Below the pieces are notes generated by a model that saw only the letters and a program-made list of their open reading frames with translations, was not told the DNA's origin and did not search any database. This document shows positions 1 to 10,000 of a stretch of DNA of 64,000 nt, piece by piece. This DNA is from Candidatus Omnitrophica bacterium UBA6253 (GTDB taxonomy: Bacteria; Omnitrophota; Gorgyraeia; Gygaellales; Profunditerraquicolaceae). Positions within the stretch are counted from its first letter, which is position 1. Every line of letters starts with the position of its first letter. Location of the stretch: positions 106,540 to 170,539 of the forward strand of contig DJVP01000008.1 in NCBI GenBank assembly GCA_002441245.1, written 5' to 3'. The translations under genes were made by a program, and so were the position numbers.

Positions 1-75
1 GAGCCTACGGAGATAGGCCATGAAGCCAAGATTAAAGAGCGTCTGGAAAAAATACGCAAGGAAGATAAAGGATAA
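1..75 (+). CDS. 3' end of an upstream CDS (partial, enters from window start)
   Basis: Frame-1 reading runs in from the window edge (…KIRKEDKG) and stops at TAA 73-75. 24 residues are too few to assign a family. Confidence 0.3.
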   Translation, partial: EPTEIGHEAKIKERLEKIRKEDKG

Positions 76-81
76 GCAAAA

Positions 82-3000
82 ATGGTGTCGGCAATGTTAA
101 TATTGGCGGTTTTAGGCGTAGGGATGGTTATTTATGCTGTCTTTGGAGTATTTAGCTCGCCGAGTGAAACAGGGGTTAAAAAAAGCGATAAAAAGCCAAC
201 TCTATCAGATGACCCGAACAAAGAACAAAAAATACAACGACTGCAAAAGCAAGTCTCTGATTTAGAGAATGAATTAAGCCAGATTGAGATTGTGCATGAG
301 AAAGAAAAATACGAATTTATAGCAGCTAAAGAAAAAGAGGCTAGTTTTTCCGATGAGCTAAAACGCAGAGAAGAATGGGTGGCCAAAGCGGAAGCGGAAT
401 TATCCAAGATAAAGCCGGAGAACCTGGATTTAAAGAATAAATTTATCGCCAAAGAAAATGAATTGCAGGAGGAATTTGCTAAAAATGTTAACTTGTCACG
501 GGAGATCCGTGAAATCAAGGTTTCTTTAGAAGCAAAAGAAGCAGAGGCCAAGGCTAAGGAAGAGCAAGTGCAAATACAAAAGCATCAGATTGAAAAGCAG
601 ATAAAGGATATTAATGAGTATTTGGCAGTTATTGCCGAGTTTAAGCGCAAAGAGAAGATCAGCGAATGGATTCCTAAGTCAGAGTTTAATAAATTGAATG
701 AAGAATATACCCAATTAGAAAAGGATTTGGAGGCCAGCCAGGAAAGATTAAAGAGTTTTGCTGAAGAGATTGCACATCTTCGCCAAGGGTTAAAAACAAA
801 AGAACCTCCGGTGGAAGAAATTAAAAAAGAAGAAGCCCCGCAAAAAGAATCTCCAGCAGAAACAGTTCAGAAGGCAGAGGAGGCCCCAAAGGAGGAAACC
901 CCGGTAGAGATTGAGCAAGAATTATCAGGATCCTTAAAAGAAGAAGATCATCCTGTAATAGCTGAGCAAAAGGAAGAAGAGTCCAAGGTAAAGCCACAGG
1001 CAACCCCGCGTATAAGTCTGGACAAGGTAAGGAATATCGGGATCATGGCGCATATTGATGCTGGTAAAACTACTACTACTGAAAGGATACTTTTTTATAC
1101 CGGCCGGTCATATAAAATCGGTGAGGTGCATGATGGTGCTGCAACCATGGATTGGATGAAGCAGGAGCAGGAACGCGGCATAACTATTACTGCTGCAGCT
1201 ACTACCTGTTTTTGGAAAGATCACCGGATCAATATTATCGATACCCCCGGACATGTTGATTTTACAGTTGAAGTGGAACGTTCTTTGCGTGTTTTGGATG
1301 GGGCTGTCGCGGTATTTTGCGCCGTTGGCGGAGTGGAACCGCAATCAGAGACAGTATGGAGGCAGTCCGATAAATATCATGTTCCCAAAATTGCCTTTAT
1401 AAATAAAATGGACCGCACCGGCGCCGACTTTTTTAGCGTATTAAACGGTATCGAAAAAGATTTGGGGGCTAACGCTATCCCTTTAGAGATTCCTATAGGA
1501 AGTGAAGATAAATTCCGTGGCGTGATTGATTTAATCGACATGAAGGCTTATATTTACGATGAAACATCTTTGGGTAAAGAATTTACTGTCACTGAAATTC
1601 CAGAGGAGTACAGGGAGCAGGCGATAAAATACCGGCACATTATGGTAGAGCGTGCAGTCGGCTTAGATGAGAATCTTATGAAGAAGTTTTTGGAATCAGA
1701 AGAATCAATTACGCAAGCTGATTTGTATCAAGCTATCCGCCAGGGAACTATTTCCAATAAGATGGTTCCGGTTACCTGTGGGGCATCTTTTAAAAATAAG
1801 GGGGTACAGAAATTATTAGATACTATTGTTGCTTTCCTGCCTTCGCCGCTAGACCTGCCGCCGGTAGAAGGCGATGATGCAAATGATCTGCAAAAGAAAT
1901 TACAGCTTAAGGCGGATATCAAAGAACCTTTTTGCGGTCTGGCTTTTAAGGTGCAGGCTGATCAGCATATGGGTAAACTTGTTTATGTTCGGGTGTATTC
2001 GGGAATTTTATCTACAGGTACATATATTCTTAATGTGCTGAAAAATAAGAAAGAAAGAATCGGCCGCATTGTACAGATGCATGCTAACCAGCGTGAAAAT
2101 ATCGATTATGCCTTTGCCGGTGATATCGTGGCTGTGCCGGGGTTAGCTAACACTATAACCGGAGATACGCTTTGTGATGTGGATAATCCTGTAATTCTGG
2201 AAGCGATAAAATTTCCTACGCCTGTGATCTCTTTGAGCATTGTGCCTAAAAGCCGTGGCGATCAGGATAAATTGGGTAAGGGCTTGGCCAAACTCACAGA
2301 AGAAGATCCTACGTTTAAAGTAGAAACTGACGAAGAAACTAAAGAGGTTATTCTTACCGGAATGGGAGAGTTGCATTTGGAGATTATTGTTGATAGGTTA
2401 AAAGAAGAATTTGGGGTTGAGGCGATCGTAGGCCAGCCAAAAGTCGCTTATCGGGAAACTATTTTGAAGCCGGCAAGCGCGGAAAGCAAATACATTAAAC
2501 AATCCGGCGGGCGTGGTCAATATGGCCATGTAGTTTTAGAGATCGCTCCCAATAAAGCCGGAGAAGGGTTTGAGTTTATTGATAGTATTAAGGGGGGCGC
2601 AATCCCGCGTTCATTTATCCCAGCGGTTGAAAAAGGGGTAATTGAGGCCATGCAAAAAGGCGTCTATGGAGGATATCCGGTTGTGGATGTAAAAGTAGAA
2701 TTAGTCGATGGCTCATATCATGAAGTGGATTCATCAGAAATTGCCTTTAGAATGGCAGCCATATTTGGATTTAAAGATGCATTCATGAAGGGCAGCCCGG
2801 TTTTTCTTGAGCCCAGCATGAAGCTGGAGGTTTCAACTCCCGAGGAGTATGTAAATGGCTGTGTAGGGTTTATATGTTCGCACCGCGGGAAAATCTTAAA
2901 CATAGATGCTAAAGCCAATCAAAAGATCATCTCAGCTGAGGCGCCTTTAGCAGAGATGTTTGGATATGCTACTAATTTCCGTTCGCTTTCCAGCGGTCGG

Positions 3001-3105
3001 GCCAATGCTACTATGGAGTTTGATAAATACACCCAGGTTCCCGGTGAAATTGCCCAGAAAATTCTTCTAGAAAGGCAGAAACAAAAAGGAGCCACTGGGA
3101 GCTAA
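82..3105 (+). CDS. fusA: EF-G family translational GTPase with ~310-aa N-terminal extension (predicted TM helix + K/E-rich coiled coil)
   Basis: The C-terminal ~690 aa has G1 [10 protein letters not shown]3 [12 protein letters not shown], the EF-G domain IV loop SGGRGQYGH, and domain V. The N-terminus [24 protein letters not shown] is hydrophobic, followed by a long E/K-rich heptad region. The ORF is continuous with no stop. Confidence 0.8.
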   Translation: MVSAMLILAVLGVGMVIYAVFGVFSSPSETGVKKSDKKPTLSDDPNKEQKIQRLQKQVSDLENELSQIEIVHEKEKYEFIAAKEKEASFSDELKRREEWVAKAEAELSKIKPENLDLKNKFIAKENELQEEFAKNVNLSREIREIKVSLEAKEAEAKAKEEQVQIQKHQIEKQIKDINEYLAVIAEFKRKEKISEWIPKSEFNKLNEEYTQLEKDLEASQERLKSFAEEIAHLRQGLKTKEPPVEEIKKEEAPQKESPAETVQKAEEAPKEETPVEIEQELSGSLKEEDHPVIAEQKEEESKVKPQATPRISLDKVRNIGIMAHIDAGKTTTTERILFYTGRSYKIGEVHDGAATMDWMKQEQERGITITAAATTCFWKDHRINIIDTPGHVDFTVEVERSLRVLDGAVAVFCAVGGVEPQSETVWRQSDKYHVPKIAFINKMDRTGADFFSVLNGIEKDLGANAIPLEIPIGSEDKFRGVIDLIDMKAYIYDETSLGKEFTVTEIPEEYREQAIKYRHIMVERAVGLDENLMKKFLESEESITQADLYQAIRQGTISNKMVPVTCGASFKNKGVQKLLDTIVAFLPSPLDLPPVEGDDANDLQKKLQLKADIKEPFCGLAFKVQADQHMGKLVYVRVYSGILSTGTYILNVLKNKKERIGRIVQMHANQRENIDYAFAGDIVAVPGLANTITGDTLCDVDNPVILEAIKFPTPVISLSIVPKSRGDQDKLGKGLAKLTEEDPTFKVETDEETKEVILTGMGELHLEIIVDRLKEEFGVEAIVGQPKVAYRETILKPASAESKYIKQSGGRGQYGHVVLEIAPNKAGEGFEFIDSIKGGAIPRSFIPAVEKGVIEAMQKGVYGGYPVVDVKVELVDGSYHEVDSSEIAFRMAAIFGFKDAFMKGSPVFLEPSMKLEVSTPEEYVNGCVGFICSHRGKILNIDAKANQKIISAEAPLAEMFGYATNFRSLSSGRANATMEFDKYTQVPGEIAQKILLERQKQKGATGS

Positions 3106-3197
3106 TCACATCCGATATTGACAGGCATTGCCTTGGTGCGTGTTAGGTAGCTCAAATTGCGCGGGTGTTATCCATGTAGATAAAAGGAGGATAAGGC

Positions 3198-3737
3198 ATG
3201 AAGAAACTGTTTGTGGTTTTATTAACCTTGTGTTTGATTAACTGCTATGGAGGAATCTTGGCTATGGACGAAAAGACTGTGGTTTTAGAAACTAATCAAG
3301 GGAATATTGAGATTAAATTAAAAGTTGATGTTGCGCCCAAGGCGTGTGAGAATTTTGTTAAATTAACAGAAAAAGGTTATTATAACGGTTTAATCTTTCA
3401 TCGTGTAATTAAAGGTTTCATGATTCAAGGTGGAGATCCTACGGGAACCGGCATGGGCGGAGAGTCGATTTGGGGTAAGCCTTTTGAAGATGAAGTTACT
3501 CCGGCAGCTAAATTTGACAGCCCGGGGATCTTAGCCATGGCCAATTCTGGTCCAAACACAAACGGGAGTCAGTTTTTTATCACCTGCGCCAAAACCCCTT
3601 GGTTGAATATGCGCCATACTATATTCGGTGAAGTTATTTCAGGTTTAGAGGTTGTAGAAAAGATTGAAAATACTCCGGTTAATGCCGAAGACCGGCCGAT
3701 TACTGAGCAAAAGATCATTCGGGCTTATATTAAATAA
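3198..3737 (+). CDS. cyclophilin-type peptidyl-prolyl cis-trans isomerase, secreted (signal peptide)
   Basis: Contains FHRVIKGFMIQGGDP, GESIWG and SQFFIT cyclophilin motifs. The N-terminal hydrophobic segment is signal-like. RBS AAGGAGG lies upstream. Confidence 0.85.
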   Translation: MKKLFVVLLTLCLINCYGGILAMDEKTVVLETNQGNIEIKLKVDVAPKACENFVKLTEKGYYNGLIFHRVIKGFMIQGGDPTGTGMGGESIWGKPFEDEVTPAAKFDSPGILAMANSGPNTNGSQFFITCAKTPWLNMRHTIFGEVISGLEVVEKIENTPVNAEDRPITEQKIIRAYIK

Positions 3738-3770
3738 AATCCAGCCTTAAAATCTCCCCATAAACAAAAA

Positions 3771-3796
3771 GGGCCCTAACTGCTAGGGTCCTTTTT
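3771..3796 (+). terminator. rho-independent terminator after PPIase gene
   Basis: Stem gggcccta/tagggtcc (one G-U) with loop actgc, followed by TTTTT. Confidence 0.6.
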
Positions 3797-3913
3797 GGAG
3801 GGGATAATCCTCAATGGCTTTCGCTATCGCCGTCCTCCGCTTCAGTTAACAAAAAAGAGTAACCCAAGCATGCCACATAAAAAATAAAAATCAAGGGGGT
3901 TTTAAAGTTTTTT

Positions 3914-3927
3914 AGAAAGCGCTTTCT
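3914..3927. promoter_or_regulatory. 14-bp perfect palindrome AGAAAGCGCTTTCT upstream of giant gene (candidate operator)
   Basis: An exact inverted repeat in the 287-nt intergenic region, about 100 nt upstream of the 4025 start. Confidence 0.3.
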
Positions 3928-4024
3928 TAAAAAATAATTTTTAGCCTTGTAATCGCTTACCTATATAGCATACTTATCTTATTAAGGCCGATGAGCCGCT
4001 AGAGTTGTTAAAAAAGCTTAAATA

Positions 4025-7000
4025 ATGAAAAACAAATTTCCCAAGGTAGTTTATTTTTTACTTTGTTTTCTGCTTATCTTTGAGCAATCCGGATTTGCTC
4101 AAATAGCCGGACAGCTGGATATCTCCGGATATTTTACCGGTCTGCGTAATGTACTAAGCCAAGATAAATTTCGGCCTTTACACTTAAGATATCTTGCCTA
4201 CGACAATGTCAATAACAACTTTAAGCTGCTTTTAGATAAAGGCGATTTTGGCAAAGCGCAAGGATTATCTCAGGATGGGGCTGTTCCTGGGGAGAAGTTG
4301 GAAAGTTCAACCAAAGAGCTTTTAAACTATTTCTTTATCGGCATCTCTTTGCCTAATGATAGCTTTTGGGTTAACCTCCGGCCTGATTCTCCGGATAATA
4401 TTATAGATCCCTATTTGGCCCAGACTGATGTAGGCAAGATTCTTCTTGAGGCTGACTTGCAATTAAAAAAGGATACCGCAAGCTTTACTTCTCCGCAGAC
4501 CAGAGAAGGTAAAGAATATTGGGATAAACTCTACAAGAAGTCGGAAGAACTTTTTGGTGCAGAATCCATAACCATTCCTACTTTAACCAGGCCTTGGATA
4601 GTACCGAATGAGATAATTATAAGAGAGTCAACCGATAATGCGTATATTTACAAAGCAACTCTTAAAGTAATGCTGGAGCAGGATTATCTAAAAGACTCGA
4701 AAATCTACAATTTTACCGATGAAAGATTTAAACAGCTTAATGAATATGCATCTGGATTGATCAGGAAGAATATTCTCCCTAAGCTAAATAAAGATATAAA
4801 CACCGCCAAAAGATACGCACCTTTAAGGCAAGTTTATTATTCGCTTATCCTCGCGCAGTGGTTTAAACAGAAGTTTTCCGGCAGAAGCGGGCTTTATAGC
4901 AATCTTATCGACAAAATGAACTTAACCGGGCTTACTTCTAAAGATTCATGGTCTAAAGCCGTTTATTTTCAGGCTTATCAGAAATCATTCAAGGAAGGTG
5001 AATATAGCATTAAAGAGCCTGTCTATACCATTAAAGGGCAGACTATTAGAAGCTATATGAGCGGGGGCATAAGCCTTGGGGGAGAGGCTATGAGAGGAGC
5101 GATAAGATCTGGAGTGAAGATTGCAGGTAACCCACTCATGCCAATAGCTGTTATTAATCCTAAAGGAATTTCAGGTGAGTTCCTCCCGAGTGGCCAAATG
5201 CAAATCGATCCATATTCAGGAAGTATAAATATTGAATTTGAAAATGCCCCGCAAGCCAGCTCTCCGGTAATTGAACAGTTGCCGGTTACCCAAACTGATA
5301 TTAATATGGCCAAGTATATAATTGGCCATATTAACTCCCGACCTCTTGAGCCCGAATCAAGATATAGCTTGAATGCGGAATTAGAGAAAGAACCGACCCT
5401 TCCTTCTCACATTGTAGTTAGGCTTAAGGAAAATATAGGGGATGGCGGAGAGAAGATAGGCAGACGGGTATTGGATTTAGATGTAAGGGCGGGCGGCACA
5501 AGATTAATTATCGGCCCTTTTAATCTCTATAATCTTAGTGATAATGGTTTAGGTTCACAGATATTTGGTATCTTGGGCCAGGCAATAAAAGATAAAATTC
5601 CCGAAGTATTTGTTGGATATGTGACTAATAAGGAAACCCTGGAAAAGCTACGCATAGCAATAATTAGAGACGGCAAAGCAGAATATTTAGATAAAGAGGA
5701 TAATTGGAAGAAGGCAGAATATAAGGCAATGAATCGGGCTGCTGAAGATGAGATATTAAGCGAGGTAGTTGCCCAAACTCTTTGGGGTAGTTTATTAAAG
5801 CGGCTTGGTTTTGATAACTTTGACATCAGGGTTGACTTAAAAGGCAGAAGTATTACTGGCCTTCAGGCTCTTGGGTATATCCCCAGCCCGGAAGAGATGG
5901 AAAATAAACCAACGGCCATATTATCCATAACGGCCACAAAAAAATCTTCCAGTTCGCCAATTACAACTATAGATGTAATTCGTGACGATAATCAATTCCT
6001 TCCAAAAGGCAGAACAGAAATTTTAAAAGCCGATCTTAATGTATGTTTGGTCGTTGTGGCTATGGACAAAGACGGTAACAGGTTTATGGCACATTTTCTA
6101 CCTAGCGGCCATATTCAGGGGGGTCTTTCTAACCCGGATCTCGTTAGATACTATTTTGAAACTCATTTGGAAAAGATGTTGCAGGATATGCCGAAAGATA
6201 ATGTTAAGGTGGCAATAATTTCTTCAACAAAAGATGATAGTTTAAAAGGACTGTTAGCAGAGTTGGAAAAAAACGGTCCTGCCCCATATTTAATTACTCT
6301 TGAAGATATAGAAAACTTTCTTAAGAAGCGGAATATAAATGTTCCTTTGGAGCAGAAGGATGATAAGGAATACATGAAAACAGTTACGTTTGACCAGGAA
6401 GGTAATGTGAAGATTGTTTATTTGGATGCTAAAGGGAAAGATAAAGAAAGAATTATTCAGCTTGCGGGAGTAAGTTCCGCATCCTCACCAGTAGTTTATT
6501 CGGGAATCAGGGGTGCGGTAGAAAACTTACCCGCTTTTTCGTCGATTCAACAGTCAACAGCCAGCTCGCCGGTTAAAAAACAGAAGCTTGTTTCTTCCAA
6601 TCTCAATGAGTTGAGAGCTGAATTTAATGCCTATCTAAAGAACGAAGGGTTGGATCAGTATGGTAATCTCAAAGGTTTATTTTCAAATGAAACCATGGAA
6701 ATCTTAATAAATGACCGTTCAGCCAAGCCAGTTTTTTTACAGGTACTTGAAAAATCAGACACGGAGTCTTTGCAATTCAGGGACTTAGGGCCCGCAAGGC
6801 AATTATTGGGTTACCAGGATATTGAAAAAGTTAAAGAGTTAATTTCTTCTTACAGCGTTATTGGCATTGGAAGCGTCAAGCTAGCTAATGAATTGGCAGG
6901 AAAAGACAAGAAGGTTGTAGTTGGAATTACAGACCGTTATACCTCTGAGGAATTTACCTTGATTCCTAATTACCGGGTAGCAAACAACAGGAGATGTTAT

Positions 7001-10000
7001 ATCCCGCTTCCCGGAGGACTGTTTTTATCAATAAAAGGTTCAGGGCAAAATTCCTATAGCAATAGACCAGCGTATTATATTAATGACAGAAAAGGAAAAC
7101 GCGTTGAAGGCGCCGTTGGTATAGATGAAATCTCTGAATTAGGAAACTTAGCGGGTGTTAGTTTAAGAGAGTCTGGCATGTCCATGGATTTGGGTTATCT
7201 TCCCATCAATAATAAGTTGATCGGGTTGGAAGGCGCTAAGGAAGAAAATGTAGCGCTTGTGTTTAGCTTAAGCCTGGATTATCATCGCTTGTCAAAATTA
7301 CCCCAGATAATTGCAAATAACGGGTTAGGATTTTTATGTGAGAGGATATCCGCGGTATTGGATGCGATAGGAGAGTTAGATAATCTAACCGATAAAATGC
7401 ATATTAAATTATCATCAGACAGGATACTAAAGCCTGATCAGCTTATGTTGATAATAATGCTGAATATGGGCAAGACTGAGGGGTATAAACAGAACAATGG
7501 GCTGTATCATGAAACTCTTCACGATCAGGATGTTGATTTTACCGGAATTACTTATGATGTGGAAGAGCTTATTGGGACTCAATCCCCGGAAAATTCCGGT
7601 AAAAATAAGGAGCTGTATCTTAACGGAATTAGTCAAAGGGTTAAGATGTTATTAAGAATGCTTAATAACAAAGATACAGTGTTTTTATTCCCGAACCCGG
7701 TACAAACATTAAGAGTATTATTTAAAGGGTATTTTGAGAATTTAAGCGAAGAATACCTGAATCTGCTGGAAAATAATCAGAATGGCCTTGCTGAAATATT
7801 TCAGCCGTTGTCTAGCCAATACAGCCAGAAATGGTTTAGTATTTTCGGTAAAAATAGCCCAGAAGAGGTATCAGCTGAATTTAGCAAGCTATTAAAGGAA
7901 GAATTAGAAAGACGTGGTAGGGATATCTCTAAGGGGTCAAATCTCGCCAGCTCGCCGGTTACGGAATTGCGCGAGGCTGTGCAAAAATTGCACAACAAAG
8001 AATTTAATATTAATGGCGGGGTATATGTGATCAACATTGAAAAAGGCAATTCTATCTGGGATAGCAGGATTGTTTTAAAGAATAAAGATAATCTAGAGGT
8101 GGGGCATTTTGATCTTGATACAAAAAGAGACGCTATCAATAACGGCGGAATGTTAAATGTTGCGGAGGGGGAGAGAGGGAGGGGCTTTGCGGTATTTATC
8201 TTAAGTAAATTAAGAGAGGTCTTCCCTAAGGGTAAGGAGCTCATTACGGAAATTGTACACGAGGAATCTCTGGAATCCCTGAAGAATAATGGGTCAATTA
8301 ATGTGGTCCCGATAGTGCAATTATTCAATACTGCCGGCTGGGAACTTATCGCTGCCGGCTATTACGACGGTATCGGCCAGTATCATGAGAGAGATTTTGC
8401 CGAGCAGATGAGCGTGGATGAAAGCAATGGAGAAGGAGGAACCGTAATTGCCAGATTCAAACCTAAAATCGCGCAGGCATATTTACCCGGGTTTGATTAT
8501 CTTTCTTCCGCTTCTTCGCCGCTGGGGCCGGATACTCAGGTAAAGATTAATGAAGCAAAATTGTTTAATTCTAGGGAGTTTGGCCTTATTAGAAAACCCG
8601 GGATTTCCATTGATTTATCTCAACAATTTTCCAGACGACACGTTGTTATAGGGGATATCCATGGTGATTTTGAAGGTCTTAAACAGGACCTTAGAGATGC
8701 GGGGTTAGTAGATATGGGCGGAAACTGGATTGGCGGGGACACTGTGTTAATCCAGATGGGGGATATGATAGACCGCGGAGAACAGTCATTTGAGACTTAT
8801 CAGTATCTTTCTGAGCTAAGGTCAAAAGCCCGGTTTCAGGGTGGAGACGTGAAGATGTTGTTAGGCAATCATGAAAATATGTTTTTCCGGGGAATGTCGG
8901 GAGATAGCAAGCAGTTCTCTGATTGGATAAATAATCTTGGTAGTAGCGAGTTTAAGAATATTTTGCAGGATACAATAAAAAATAAAGGCATTGGAATAGC
9001 CAGGAGAATGATTTTGACCGGAGAATCCGGTGAGTTTGCAAAATGGAGGGAACTTTATCTTGGGTTCTCCGAAGATATTAAAAAAGGGGAAATTCAGGCA
9101 GCCTATGAGGAATCAGGGGTGTTGTTTGTTCATGGAGGAATAACAGCCAGGAATAAACATAGTGTTAGCGCTAAAGGAGAAGCAGATTTCTTGAACCGGC
9201 AGTTGGCGGTTAAGAACTTTGACGGGGTAAGGGGTGCGCTGTGGAATAGTTTTGGGTATGAGGTTGACGGCGAAGGAGTAGATTATTTACAAATAGTCGC
9301 TCATACTCCGGAATTGAGAGAGGGCGCACAGGTAAGAGTTTCTCCTAATGGTAGAGTTGTGAATGTTGATGTCGGGCATTGGAAGGGTTACGGTGGCAAC
9401 CGCGGATATGCTGAGATTAAAGGTAACAGGCTTCAGGCCTATGCTTTGGTAAAAGACGAAGCTGTTTCTTCTGCGGCAGACGTTTTTTTTGTAGATAAAG
9501 TCAATAGAGCTTTGTTAGAAAATCCCCAGTATCCGATGCGCATGGTTGAAGTTGCTAATCCTGAATACGGCCTGCGTAATCCTAACGAGGAAGGATTAGG
9601 TTTACACGGCACAGATTTGACTAAACTTAAAAACATCCTGGAGAAAGGGTTAGGCGTAGGTCAAGAGGCCAAGGCTGTTTTTCTGGGCGTTAATCAAAAA
9701 GGAGAGCCGTTTACCCGGAATGAAGCTTATTTATCTTTTGGTAATGTTAATTCTCCGGGGAAAGTAATCCTGGTTTTTGATGTTACTAATGTGGATGTTT
9801 TAAGTAAATGGGATTCGGGGAAAAGAATAGCCATAGGTATAGAACGTATTAATAAGGAAGCTGTAATTGGAATAATAGCAAACATAAAGGATAAAGAAGA
9901 GATTAAGGATATAGTCGGCAACAGGCGCATCCCGGTATATTTCTTTGAACCAAAATTCCCAGGGTTAAAGAGTTTATCTAGCGCCAAACTGCGGGACGTT

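Noticed and set aside
82-1020. Possibility that the TM/coiled-coil region is a separate gene from EF-G
   Set aside because: No in-frame stop separates them, and no obvious ATG/RBS for an independent EF-G start was found near 1000. I kept it as one ORF and flagged it as a finding instead.
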